From a virus (Duplodnaviria > Caudoviricetes), in the IMG/VR virus record IMGVR_UViG_3300032214_000855, positions 7,354 through 71,353 of that record: a DNA stretch of 64,000 bases, one strand, 5' to 3'. The position numbers and the translations under genes were made by a program. Below are positions 39,086-47,976 of this stretch, piece by piece. Below the pieces are notes generated by a model, which was given only the letters and a program-made list of their open reading frames with translations, was not told the origin of the DNA and made no database searches. Each line of letters opens with the position of its first letter. Position 1 is the stretch's first letter.

Positions 39086-39495
39086 CTAAAAAGAGGAGCA
39101 GAAGGAATTTCAACAATTTTGGGTAGTTTAGAATCATCAAACTGATTCATACTATAACATACCCATTCACCATTTCGGAAGAGATAGGAGTACTCTTCAC
39201 TATCCTCTGGAAGTAGATACTCACAGAGGTCAGCATCAAGACGTGGAGGACAATTATCTCCACGTTGAGAATAGTATTGTGGTCCATAAGAACCATCAGC
39301 ACTATCATCCCAACGTGAATCAGTCCAGCAAGAACTCATATCACCACCATCAATCAGTTCTGCAACTTTCTCTCTGGTGCTGTAGTGAGTCTTTAGAATA
39401 CGACCCAACCATTCAGGATAACCATCCCAATGATGATAGACAGAAAGAATACTTTTATTCTTCAGTTCAAGACCAATTCTAGAGCGAGTACTCAT
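39082..39495 (-). CDS. phage hypothetical protein
   Basis: MSTRSRIGLEL..SVYHHWDGYPEWLGRIL..IDGGDMSSC. Confidence 0.75.
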   Translation of the reverse strand: MSTRSRIGLELKNKSILSVYHHWDGYPEWLGRILKTHYSTREKVAELIDGGDMSSCWTDSRWDDSADGSYGPQYYSQRGDNCPPRLDADLCEYLLPEDSEEYSYLFRNGEWVCYSMNQFDDSKLPKIVEIPSAPLFR

Positions 39496-39737
39496 TCAAA
39501 AGGATTAGCAAGTTGTGGAATAGTATTGAACTTAACAACATCATAGGGAATAGGAATGTTGTTAAGGTATTCTTCAATCTCAAGATTCATCTCAATTCGA
39601 TTGAGAAACTTCTTGGATTGACTTTCACCCATAAAAGTAAGAGTTTTCAAATACCACTCTTTAGATACATCACCCATTGGAGTTTTGATGGGGTAGAAAT
39701 CTACCACCATATTTCCATCTTTAGATTGAAGTCGCAT
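39492..39737 (-). CDS. hypothetical protein
   Basis: 81 aa, coupled overlaps. Confidence 0.65.
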   Translation of the reverse strand: MRLQSKDGNMVVDFYPIKTPMGDVSKEWYLKTLTFMGESQSKKFLNRIEMNLEIEEYLNNIPIPYDVVKFNTIPQLANPFE

Positions 39738-40132
39738 CAGAACTGATTATTAAAAACAAAACCATCAACATAGGTGCATTCAAGATTATCGAAAGTTGCC
39801 TCCCAATCAATCTCAATGAAACTAGGATGGTCAATGGAATAACAATCCGTCACATAGTTTTCTGCATATTGTCCTTTGGACTCCCATACACCGCGATAAG
39901 CATCTTCAAAGGATTGGAAATTATCAATACCAAACTCTTCAATGAAGGCATCTACTGCTCCATAAGAGTGAGATTCACCAAATTGAACATAGTTTTCATA
40001 ATGCTCAACAAAGTTGCTCTCACCATATTCCGCAATGAACTCATAGATGTCATCTACAGCATAGGAATCCTCAACAAGTTCAGAAATCAGTTCTTGAGTT
40101 TCAGTCTTCAGTTCCACTTGAGTAGCAGTCAT
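39737..40132 (-). CDS. ArdA-like antirestriction protein (acidic DNA mimic)
   Basis: Very acidic 131 aa; FEDAYRGVWES..YAE..IEIDWEATFDNL..DGFVF matches the ArdA C-terminal pattern. Confidence 0.6.
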   Translation of the reverse strand: MTATQVELKTETQELISELVEDSYAVDDIYEFIAEYGESNFVEHYENYVQFGESHSYGAVDAFIEEFGIDNFQSFEDAYRGVWESKGQYAENYVTDCYSIDHPSFIEIDWEATFDNLECTYVDGFVFNNQF

Positions 40133-40155
40133 TGCTTAACCTTGATTACTTCGTA

Positions 40156-40215
40156 ATTGTAGCACCACCAGAGGCGGTTTGGGGAGTGTAGTGTGCCACT
40201 AGAACAAGTGGCACA
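40156..40215 (-). promoter_or_regulatory. palindrome-box promoter
   Basis: TGC-TACAAT -10 plus TGTGCCAC-N8-GTGGCACA at 40192-40215. Confidence 0.8.
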
Positions 40216-40227
40216 TAGGATAAAGAT

Positions 40228-40602
40228 TTAGTCCCAAGATACGTTCTGAACAAGAAAACCTGGCATCACATAAGTCCAAGTACCAAGACCATCATTACCC
40301 CCAACTTTATAGTCCCACTTATATTCAAATTTATTGTGACTATCCCAAGTCATATAACCTTTCTGATTATCAAACCTTCCTTTAATTGTAAGACTATGTT
40401 TATTCGAGTAAATGTTTCTTGTGCGTAGTGCTCCACCCCTCTCACGGGTTTCAATTACTACACAAATATCATCATACACCTGATTTCCGACCTCTAGAGA
40501 ACAAGCAGTTTCATATCGGAATGGTTGATATGCTTTTTCTGGTGTAGCAAATGAAGGGAGACTAAACAATGCAGTGGAAACAATAGCAATCAGTTTCTTC
40601 AT
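40228..40602 (-). CDS. hypothetical exported protein
   Basis: Signal-peptide-like N-terminus MKKLIAIVSTALFSLPSFA. Confidence 0.65.
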   Translation of the reverse strand: MKKLIAIVSTALFSLPSFATPEKAYQPFRYETACSLEVGNQVYDDICVVIETRERGGALRTRNIYSNKHSLTIKGRFDNQKGYMTWDSHNKFEYKWDYKVGGNDGLGTWTYVMPGFLVQNVSWD

Positions 40603-40717
40603 TAAAAAATCTTTATGGTTGGACAGTTGTTAATTTATTTCAGAACTGTTGTTCAATCAGTTCTGAAAGTTCATTAAAGGTATATCCAGAATCATTTGCT
40701 TAATTTCAGGATTCATT

Positions 40718-40903
40718 TTAGACTTCAGAGTTGCCATTGACATCATCAAACCAAGTGTCTAGTGAATTAAAGATTTCAGTTACAATAGTATCAGTTATCG
40801 AATCAATGTGAGGTTCTGGATTATGCTTAAATGCACGGTTGTATCCATACCTCACACCTTTCTCGATTGCCATTTCTAGTACGGCACGGAACTTGGGTTT
40901 CAT
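40718..40903 (-). CDS. hypothetical protein
   Basis: 61 aa. Confidence 0.6.
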   Translation of the reverse strand: MKPKFRAVLEMAIEKGVRYGYNRAFKHNPEPHIDSITDTIVTEIFNSLDTWFDDVNGNSEV

Positions 40904-41069
40904 TCTTTAACAACAGAAGACTCAGAGACTGTAGAAGTATGTTGTGGTGTTTTGTTTGGAGACACACTAGCATAAACTAGAGCACCAACACATACCCCAA
41001 GAAGAGTGTAGAAAATGTAATTACAGGTTTTTTTCATTAGATTTCCTTGATAATTTTCTAATTTTTTAT

Positions 41070-41279
41070 TTAGTTCATTGCAAGAACAAGATTAGCAACT
41101 CTATCCTCCCCAGGCAATTCTTGCAACTTTTGATAAATGCGTTGAAATTGATTTTGCATACTCAAGTAATAAGAAGCAAGAGGTGCATCTTCCTGATTGA
41201 AATAAGCATCATCTTCATAATACTCAAGTGCTTTGATAATATCAAGCAACTCACCAGAAGTGAAAGAAATAGAAGTCAT
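41070..41279 (-). CDS. hypothetical protein
   Basis: 69 aa. Confidence 0.6.
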   Translation of the reverse strand: MTSISFTSGELLDIIKALEYYEDDAYFNQEDAPLASYYLSMQNQFQRIYQKLQELPGEDRVANLVLAMN

Positions 41280-41506
41280 AATGCAGAACAGGGAACACAG
41301 TTGTCATCATCAAAGACCGTTGTTTCAATGATAACATCAAAATCATCAGTCATTTTTACATAATTCCACTCCTTATCAGTCTCATCCTCCACATTTTCCT
41401 GATAACAGTGAATGAAACCTTCCGAGTCCTGTTTTACATAACAACCATCATAGTCCTCGTCATCAAAGACATAACCAGATGCAATGAGTGCTTCAATGAA
41501 GGTCAT
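41276..41506 (-). CDS. acidic hypothetical protein
   Basis: 76 aa, D/E-rich. Confidence 0.65.
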   Translation of the reverse strand: MTFIEALIASGYVFDDEDYDGCYVKQDSEGFIHCYQENVEDETDKEWNYVKMTDDFDVIIETTVFDDDNCVPCSAL

Positions 41507-41730
41507 TTGATGTCGAAGATGTCGAACAGTTCTCGTTGAGTTTTAGTGAAAAGAGTATCCTCTTGAGGATAATTGTAGAGTTCCAGTTGAAACTCTTTGT
41601 AGAAGTAAATAATGTCCCGCAGAGAAAGCAGTTGCTTTTCAGTCAGGATTTCTTCCATCGTCAGAACAGTGTCAATCATAGTTTCAGTAGTCAGTTCCAT
41701 CATTTTCACAAAGTTGAATCCAATAAGCAA
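41503..41730 (-). CDS. hypothetical protein
   Basis: 75 aa; start uncertain. Confidence 0.55.
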   Translation of the reverse strand: MLIGFNFVKMMELTTETMIDTVLTMEEILTEKQLLSLRDIIYFYKEFQLELYNYPQEDTLFTKTQRELFDIFDIK

Positions 41731-41856
41731 AACAGGGAAAGTTCAATGGATGTTCTTTCTGTCTGTTATACCAATTAAATGCAAGATTCAATCGGTTTTC
41801 GGGAACCTTCAGATAAGGAAGGTTCGATTGAATTGGAGTGTAAGTCATTGTTGTCA

Positions 41857-42057
41857 TCAAGCAACATAAAGTGCCTTGGAGTAGGCATCATTCAACTTAT
41901 CGGCAAGCAGTTCGGATTTCTCTGCACGCTCCAACCAATAATCACGGTTCTGCTCACTATCTTGTGCAAGGTAGCGATACCAAGCAGCAGAGTTATAAGC
42001 ACAAGTAATCAACTCACTGCACTCACCCATTGTGAAACCAGAAATCAGATTAAACAT
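41857..42057 (-). CDS. hypothetical protein
   Basis: 66 aa, first ORF after promoter at 42082. Confidence 0.65.
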   Translation of the reverse strand: MFNLISGFTMGECSELITCAYNSAAWYRYLAQDSEQNRDYWLERAEKSELLADKLNDAYSKALYVA

Positions 42058-42081
42058 TGCTCCTCAACCGATTACTTTGTA

Positions 42082-42140
42082 ATGATAGCACCCCAGAGGG
42101 GTCTGTGCTCATTTACTGTGCCACCCCTACAAGTGGCACA
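42082..42140 (-). promoter_or_regulatory. palindrome-box promoter
   Basis: TGC-TATCAT -10 plus TGTGCCAC-N8-GTGGCACA at 42117-40. Confidence 0.8.
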
Positions 42141-42154
42141 CAGACACATTGGTC

Positions 42155-42319
42155 TCAACTGAGATTGTTAATGTACTTTCTGAGAAGATGTGTTCCCTTT
42201 TCTGGTTCAAATCTATTCTCAAAGAGTTCCATTAGTTCTAACACAAGGTCAGCATAAACGACTGGAACTCGAATGTGTTTAGTTTCACCTGATTTAGGAA
42301 ACTTTTTAGTGAAGGGCAT
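42155..42319 (-). CDS. small protein, possible ribbon-helix-helix DNA binder (54 aa)
   Basis: Manual translation MPFTKKFPKSGETKHIRVPVVYADLVLELMELFENRF..; TKxIRVP strand followed by helices. Confidence 0.5.
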   Translation of the reverse strand: MPFTKKFPKSGETKHIRVPVVYADLVLELMELFENRFEPEKGTHLLRKYINNLS

Positions 42320-42346
42320 TGTATTTTGTGCGGGACATATAAAGAT

Positions 42347-43579
42347 TTATCCAGCAAGCACTTCACCTTTCACAAAGATAGTATCAACAACACTCTGAAG
42401 TTGTCGTGCAATCTTATCACCGTAGTTGTTATTCACAGGAACAGTGATTGTACCACAGGGTTTGCGATAAAATGCAAACTCACCTGCTTTCATCTTACCT
42501 TCTTGAATTGCCTTTCGGTCATCTTTATGAACTCGAATCACCCGACCAATAGTTTGTGCCATCTCAATCAGAGGAAGATTGCGAAGCATAATGCAATGAG
42601 TCAGACCGTGAATACTAATTCCCTCACTCATAATCGAGTAATGAAATACAATGAACTTCTTGTCTGGGTCAGAACCAAACTCATTCATTCTCTGAAAGAA
42701 AACCTCACGGGATACTTTCTGTTTATCAATATATGCACCGTGCTTTGAAGTGATGTGCATAATGGTATAACCCATCTCATTGAGTTGTTGCAGCAAATCA
42801 CTTTCAGAGAACATTGCCCAAATTACTTTGGTGCTAGGAGCAGCAACAAGAACTTTGGGTGATTCACAATCAGAAATCTCTGACAGAATACCTACAATGT
42901 TTTCTGCATCTACAAAAGGTGCATTCTCTTTAGTGCGAATCGTTTGTGCTTCATAAGGCACAACTTTGGGAGGAATGATGCTACCCACTTCAATGAGTTC
43001 TCTTGCAGGAATACTGATGATATTATTACCATACACATCAGTATTGTTCATCGACTCCTTGCTGTTATTGAACTTCGGAGTTGCAGTGAAGAAATAGGCA
43101 TTCTCTGCAACTGCTGAAGTATGAGCAATACCCACAAAGTTAGATGGTTTCACACAGTGGTGTGCTTCATCAAAATACACAACATCAACATTGATGTCTG
43201 CATCATTCACCCGACTAATCGAATTGTAAGTGGTGAAGATGAATTGATGCTTACCGCTTCCGATTGCAGTGTCATTGTATTCTGCAATGACTGCTGAACG
43301 TGTAGAGGATTGATGATGAGTTTCACCACTGTGAACGTGCATATAAGCAACATTCTGGTCTTTGAGATACTCTTCGAACTCTGAACAGAGTTGATTTGCA
43401 AGCAGAATACGAGGTGCAACAATAACAAATGTCATTGGTTCTAGTGCATTTAGAATCCTCTGACGTGCATCTTCCATCATTACAACAGTCTTACCTGCAC
43501 CAGTTGGAAGATAACAAGTTCCCCTAATTGCTACCTTCAGCGCATTAAGAGTTCTTTGTTGGTAAGGATAGAATTGCAT
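42347..43579 (-). CDS. superfamily 2 (DEAD/DEAH-like) helicase
   Basis: 410 aa; PTGAGKT (Walker A), YFDEAHH (DExH), FTATP, SEGISI, QTIGRVIR. Confidence 0.9.
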   Translation of the reverse strand: MQFYPYQQRTLNALKVAIRGTCYLPTGAGKTVVMMEDARQRILNALEPMTFVIVAPRILLANQLCSEFEEYLKDQNVAYMHVHSGETHHQSSTRSAVIAEYNDTAIGSGKHQFIFTTYNSISRVNDADINVDVVYFDEAHHCVKPSNFVGIAHTSAVAENAYFFTATPKFNNSKESMNNTDVYGNNIISIPARELIEVGSIIPPKVVPYEAQTIRTKENAPFVDAENIVGILSEISDCESPKVLVAAPSTKVIWAMFSESDLLQQLNEMGYTIMHITSKHGAYIDKQKVSREVFFQRMNEFGSDPDKKFIVFHYSIMSEGISIHGLTHCIMLRNLPLIEMAQTIGRVIRVHKDDRKAIQEGKMKAGEFAFYRKPCGTITVPVNNNYGDKIARQLQSVVDTIFVKGEVLAG

Positions 43580-43600
43580 TGGTTTGACTTGTATTCATAC

Positions 43601-43659
43601 AGTATAGCACCCCACCCGGACCTGCGGGAGAGGTGCTGGACAGTTCAAAAAGTGTCCCT
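43601..43659 (-). promoter_or_regulatory. palindrome-box promoter
   Basis: TGC-TATACT -10 plus CTGGACAG-N8-GTGTCCCT at 43636-59. Confidence 0.7.
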
Positions 43660-43961
43660 CAGAATAGGATAGGGTCTAGAGTTGGTTCCTTAAGAGACTT
43701 AAAATTATCTACACTATTCTTATCATCCTGGACAAAGGTATCATACTCATTATCTGATGTCTCGTCAAGTACATTAAAGATGATGAGATTGATACAAGCA
43801 TCCTTTGCATCTTTAAGAGTCTTTGTGACCTCTTGTGGAGTATCTACAACATCAGCAACCATCCACTTACCAGCATTGACTTTACGAATGAATCCAACTG
43901 TGTTAGAATCCTTCTGTACTTCGTAGATACCAGCAGACAGACGAGGGAAGGTGAAAGACAT
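43659..43961 (-). CDS. hypothetical protein
   Basis: 100 aa. Confidence 0.65.
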   Translation of the reverse strand: MSFTFPRLSAGIYEVQKDSNTVGFIRKVNAGKWMVADVVDTPQEVTKTLKDAKDACINLIIFNVLDETSDNEYDTFVQDDKNSVDNFKSLKEPTLDPILF

Positions 43962-44118
43962 AATCAGGAAAGAAGTTGGGAGAAGTTATCAACAACAATT
44001 TGGCAAGCAAGGTCTTGAACCTCATTGAGGTAGTCAATCTCACTAGATCGAGATTCAAGAAGAGAAATCAAATCCTCTTGAATCTGCTCTCTAACAGAAA
44101 GAAGGTCAGTTTCAGTCA

Positions 44119-44364
44119 TCAGTAGCAGTATTGAGGAAGAATACAGAAAGAACCACAGAACTTACTAACCCAGTTCAGGGTATCCGCATAACAACGTGGT
44201 TCAGACATTACCATAGTTGCATCCTTGCGAGGATTGTAAGCAACAGCAACATAACTGTAGTAATCTTCCGATTGCTCAATCTCTTGAATCCACATTTGAT
44301 TCACATTACCTTCGTGCCAATCCCAACGAGAAGTAGTGTAGTGGAAAACATCAAGAACCGTCAT
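44119..44364 (-). CDS. hypothetical protein
   Basis: Restarted at MTVLDVFHY downstream of promoter at 44389. Confidence 0.6.
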   Translation of the reverse strand: MTVLDVFHYTTSRWDWHEGNVNQMWIQEIEQSEDYYSYVAVAYNPRKDATMVMSEPRCYADTLNWVSKFCGSFCILPQYCY

Positions 44365-44542
44365 GGTCTCCTTTGCTTGTGTTCCCGTATTGTAGGGCAT
44401 CAGGGGGGTCTGTGGGGGTCTCAGGGGACGGTTCCCCAAGTGTCCCCCCACTATCCTCTTCTTGGCGTTTTAGTAGTGCTTCATTTGCCGCTTCTCGTTG
44501 AGCAGCAATTTCCAACATTTCATCTAATGTTAGGTCTTTCAT
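44351..44542 (-). CDS. hypothetical protein
   Basis: 63 aa; 3' half overlaps the promoter. Confidence 0.5.
   Translation of the reverse strand: MKDLTLDEMLEIAAQREAANEALLKRQEEDSGGTLGEPSPETPTDPPDALQYGNTSKGDHDGS
44389..44447 (-). promoter_or_regulatory. palindrome-box promoter
   Basis: TACAAT -10 plus GGGGACGG-N8-GTGTCCCC at 44424-47. Confidence 0.7.
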
Positions 44543-44550
44543 TGTTTTAG

Positions 44551-44805
44551 TCAGTAATCACTACTATCTATTAAAATCCAGTCCAAATTGAGATTTTCAA
44601 GAAACTGAATAAGTTTATCTTCATCGTCTGGAAGAATCTCATCTTCACTTAATTCAAATGATGCTTCACAAATAGCAGGACCATATTCAGCAGGGTCATA
44701 AAGAGTTTGAGAATACATCAAAATAGAATCCTCAATTACTGCTGAAACTTTTACAACTCCAGATTCAGAGAAAATGCTTTCGATTTGTTTGATTGTCATA
44801 ATCAC
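44551..44805 (-). CDS. acidic hypothetical protein
   Basis: 84 aa. Confidence 0.65.
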   Translation of the reverse strand: MIMTIKQIESIFSESGVVKVSAVIEDSILMYSQTLYDPAEYGPAICEASFELSEDEILPDDEDKLIQFLENLNLDWILIDSSDY

Positions 44806-45572
44806 AGTTGAATTTCAAAGTTTGGATTAAAACCAGTATCTTGTCCTGGATAACCACCAGGGTTACAAATCACTCTACAGTGTTCGATACCATAATCAAA
44901 GTGGTTGTGAGTGTGTCCGTGTGCCCAGTATTTGATTTGTGGATGATTGATAATCAAATCATCTAGATTACTACTATATGCACCATTTGCATGATTTTTG
45001 TATTGCTGTGGAATCGACTGATAACTCGGTGCGTGATGACTGATTACAAATACATTGTCGTTCAATGTTTGTAGTTGCTTAAGAAGATATTTCTTACTAT
45101 CTTTGTGGAAGTTAAGAGTATCATTTGGGTTCATCTTCCGATACTTCGGAGTGATACGAATAACTTTATAGTCATTCATACACTGTGCTGCTTCCATCAT
45201 CTCTAGAGCATTTTCATTACGAAAGTCAGTCCAGAGTGTGAAACCAATAAAGTTCCAGTTGTTGATAGTGATTGTATCATTATCAAGAAGATGGAAATTG
45301 TGAGGAAGATACTCCTTTAGTTTCTTTTTTGTTCCCTCATAATTGTATCCATAGAACTCGTGATTTCCCATCACATACAGAACTTTATTATAGTTCTTGC
45401 TGCAATCATTCAAGAACCTATCATAGACTGCGTGGATATATCCGTCAGTCTTGAAATGCTTTGCACAAAGAATGTCTCCCGCAAGAATGAGGACATCACC
45501 CTCACCGACAAGAAAGACTTGATTTGCACTGAAATGCTCCAGGTGTAAATCACTAAGAACTTTGAGTTTCAT
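44802..45572 (-). CDS. calcineurin-like metallophosphoesterase
   Basis: SDLH, AGD, GNHE, SHH, HGHTH motifs in order. Confidence 0.9.
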   Translation of the reverse strand: MKLKVLSDLHLEHFSANQVFLVGEGDVLILAGDILCAKHFKTDGYIHAVYDRFLNDCSKNYNKVLYVMGNHEFYGYNYEGTKKKLKEYLPHNFHLLDNDTITINNWNFIGFTLWTDFRNENALEMMEAAQCMNDYKVIRITPKYRKMNPNDTLNFHKDSKKYLLKQLQTLNDNVFVISHHAPSYQSIPQQYKNHANGAYSSNLDDLIINHPQIKYWAHGHTHNHFDYGIEHCRVICNPGGYPGQDTGFNPNFEIQL

Positions 45573-45586
45573 AATAATAAGAATAA

Positions 45587-45660
45587 CGTTTCAGGAGGGA
45601 CTCGAACCCCCGACCAACTGCTTAGAAGGCAGATGCTCTATCCAACTGAGCTACTGAAAC
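45587..45660 (-). tRNA. trnR-TCT: tRNA-Arg (TCT)
   Basis: GTTTCAGTAGCTCAGTTGGATAGAGC..CT-TCT-AA..GGGGGTTCGAGTCCCTC-CTGAAACG. Confidence 0.9.
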
Positions 45661-45744
45661 ATAGACCCTCTGGTTTGTGCATTGTAAAGAGGCATAGAGG
45701 GTGTGGGACTTACTTAAAGTTTGGACCTTTAATGCCCGTAGAAA

Positions 45745-45996
45745 TTAACCGTTAAGGACTTGGGATTGCGAATCCTCTGGGTCAATCTTATTTAGCACAT
45801 ACTGAATCGGTTTCATTTCTTCCTTGAGGTCATTCTCAAGTTCTTTGAATGTTTCAACCAGTGCCTCAAAGAGTTCAGAACCAGTCAAATCTTCGTAATC
45901 ATAATCATCAAAGACGTTTTCGCGGAAATACTCTGTGAGTTGCTCTTTCAGAGATTCAACCATTTGTCGGGAAGCAGATTTGTTACGACGTGCCAT
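45745..45996 (-). CDS. acidic hypothetical protein
   Basis: 83 aa. Confidence 0.65.
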   Translation of the reverse strand: MARRNKSASRQMVESLKEQLTEYFRENVFDDYDYEDLTGSELFEALVETFKELENDLKEEMKPIQYVLNKIDPEDSQSQVLNG

Positions 45997-46032
45997 AATA
46001 AAGTTAAAGTAAATGAATCAGAACAAGAATAA

Positions 46033-46257
46033 TCAGAGAGTGCTTACAACACCTTCAGAATCAGTAAGAGACACATAACCGTCATCTTCAGAATCCACAG
46101 GTTCAGTATGACTCTCAAGAACAGCGGAGTCATAATTATCCAGTGCTTCGATAATATCAGCACCAGTTTCTGCATTAGTCAGATTCACAATCAGTTGAGC
46201 ACCAGCAGGGTTGGTATCAACGATTTCAGCAGCAAGAGCAATCAGTTTGTCAGACAT
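46033..46257 (-). CDS. acidic hypothetical protein
   Basis: Restarted at MSDKLIALAAE; the longer call runs into tRNA-Ala. Confidence 0.65.
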   Translation of the reverse strand: MSDKLIALAAEIVDTNPAGAQLIVNLTNAETGADIIEALDNYDSAVLESHTEPVDSEDDGYVSLTDSEGVVSTL

Positions 46258-46298
46258 ATACAAATAGTAATGGACTATTTGGGAATTAGTATTCCCAA

Positions 46299-46369
46299 TG
46301 GAGAATAGCAGAATCGAACTGCTAATAAGTGCTTGCAAAGCACCCGTTATACCGTTTAACTAATTCCCC
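46299..46369 (-). tRNA. trnA-TGC: tRNA-Ala (TGC)
   Basis: GGGGAAT..GGTGC-TT-TGC-AA-GCACT..AGCAGTTCGATTCTGCT-ATTCTCCA; G3:U70 Ala identity pair present. Confidence 0.85.
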
Positions 46370-46581
46370 GAACAGTTTATATTTAGAGACCGAACTGTAG
46401 CGGTCTATAAGTCAAGCAGACAGGGAGTATTCTAGTTCCTCATCTTGAACTTCATAGTCCCCAATGAATTCAACATAATCTTCAAGGTCAATACCAAGAT
46501 ATTTAAGAGCAAAGTCTTCGTAATCATCTATTGGGTTTTGATTTTTGAACACCATTGGAACCTCCTTGACTTGATGAATAC

Positions 46582-46640
46582 ATCATAGCACGATGCCCGT
46601 GCCTTGTAAAGTGTTATGTGCCACTAGAAGAAGTGGCACA
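46582..46640 (-). promoter_or_regulatory. palindrome-box promoter (also TTTACA -35)
   Basis: TGC-TATGAT -10, TTTACA 17 bp upstream, TGTGCCAC-N8-GTGGCACA at 46617-40. Confidence 0.85.
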
Positions 46641-46658
46641 GTGATATTAGTTATACAC

Positions 46659-46943
46659 TCACCATTGCCCTCTTTGAACAAGAATTTTGCGAATTTCGGT
46701 GTAAATAAACTGTTTCAGTTTAGAATCATTAGTTGCATCAAATGCTTTGTATAGACGAGTGAGATACTCATCTTGAGTAGCACATTTAACTACTTTAACA
46801 TTGGTATTGCCAAGTTCTTTAAGAGAAGAACCTGATTTTACCTTTGCTTTTCCAAAATTGCCAGAAACAACTCCCTGAGTGCGAAGTTTGGGGCGAATCT
46901 TAGAAAGATTTGAATTAGCGAAGTCAGTAGTCATTGAACTCAT
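46659..46943 (-). CDS. hypothetical protein
   Basis: 94 aa. Confidence 0.65.
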   Translation of the reverse strand: MSSMTTDFANSNLSKIRPKLRTQGVVSGNFGKAKVKSGSSLKELGNTNVKVVKCATQDEYLTRLYKAFDATNDSKLKQFIYTEIRKILVQRGQW

Positions 46944-47083
46944 TTGAAAGAAACATTAACACCAACTACTTTTGCAGTCGGATTTCTTGCTTGGGCAGTT
47001 TCCCGTGCATCTTTTGGAGAATTAGCATAAACTTCTTCCTTAAAGACCTTACCACCAACGTAAAGTTCAACCAAATACTTCAT
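46940..47083 (-). CDS. hypothetical protein (47 aa)
   Basis: Restarted at MKYLVELYVGGKVFKEEV. Confidence 0.6.
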   Translation of the reverse strand: MKYLVELYVGGKVFKEEVYANSPKDARETAQARNPTAKVVGVNVSFK

Positions 47084-47108
47084 AAAGATGGGTTTGTTTT
47101 GTGTGAGG

Positions 47109-47294
47109 TTATTGAAAACGGGAAGCAAACTTAATTGCGTCTTGTTCTTTCTTGTATTCTTTGAATACTATATTTTGCCAATAAGAATCACCTCTCAAGG
47201 TGTTTTCTTTGAATTCATCAACCTGAACAATAAAAGTTCCGTCTGAACTGTTTCTAATTCGAACTTTAATGTCACCAATTTTTGGGAGTTCCAT
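47109..47294 (-). CDS. hypothetical protein
   Basis: 61 aa, first ORF after promoter at 47317. Confidence 0.65.
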   Translation of the reverse strand: MELPKIGDIKVRIRNSSDGTFIVQVDEFKENTLRGDSYWQNIVFKEYKKEQDAIKFASRFQ

Positions 47295-47316
47295 CGGTTT
47301 GGTTGCTTATGAGAGT

Positions 47317-47376
47317 ATCATACCAGGACACCCAAGCGATCTCAAGTGCCCGTGTGCCAGTCCGTCAAGTGTCCGC
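47317..47376 (-). promoter_or_regulatory. palindrome-box promoter
   Basis: TATGAT -10, TTGAGA -35, TGTGCCAG-N8-GTGTCCGC at 47353-76. Confidence 0.75.
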
Positions 47377-47553
47377 TTTAGCGCGACCCTTTGAGACCAA
47401 ACCATTTGCATAAAAGTATTTTACCCTTTCGCGTCTTGCTTGAAGCAGCATTTCATACTCTTCTTTCTGTGCTTCGGTCATACTAAAATTTTGTCGCCTC
47501 CAAGTTTGTTGAAGTTCTTGAAGATGCGGGAGAACATTAACAGTATCAGTCAT
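47365..47553 (-). CDS. hypothetical protein
   Basis: 62 aa. Confidence 0.65.
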   Translation of the reverse strand: MTDTVNVLPHLQELQQTWRRQNFSMTEAQKEEYEMLLQARRERVKYFYANGLVSKGRAKADT

Positions 47554-47917
47554 TGATTTCAGAAGTTTCAGTGTTTGCTTGAGTCTTTACACGAACATTG
47601 TAAGGGCTATTGAAGAACCTGCGGAAAGCAGTGCTAACAATAATAAACGCCGAAATAACACCAACAAAACCAAGGAGGGTTGTAGCATCACCTGTAAAAT
47701 TGTACGTGTCGGGAGTCATAAATTAAAAATGAAAATTGGAATAAAACTAAAAATCAGTACTCGTAATTACTTTTTAGAAAGGAGTTGAAAATCCTATCGT
47801 CATCATCCTCTTCAAAGAAATTATCGAAAGATGCTTCTGTAAAATCAAATCCAGAGATTTCTTCAATCTGAAAATCATCGAAGTCGTCCATTTGACCTTT
47901 TCCAACCGAACTTAAGT

Positions 47918-47976
47918 ATCATACCCCAGATTGGGCGGCGCGGCAAGGGGAGTGTGCCAGTTCCTCAACCGTCCAT
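47918..47976 (-). promoter_or_regulatory. palindrome-box promoter
   Basis: TATGAT -10, TTGCCG -35, TGTGCCAG-N8-CCGTCCAT at 47953-76. Confidence 0.7.

Noticed and set aside
46258-46338. N-terminal extensions given in the ORF track (46033-46338, 38387-38821, 58539-59903, 31822-32076, 44119-44451)
   Set aside because: The extensions overlap a tRNA, promoters or another gene; internal starts fit gene packing better
47576-47720. Small single-TM peptide as a high-light-inducible (Hli) protein
   Set aside because: Lacks the ExxNGRxAM chlorophyll-binding motif; no psbA, psbD, hli or other classic photosynthesis genes were recognised in the window
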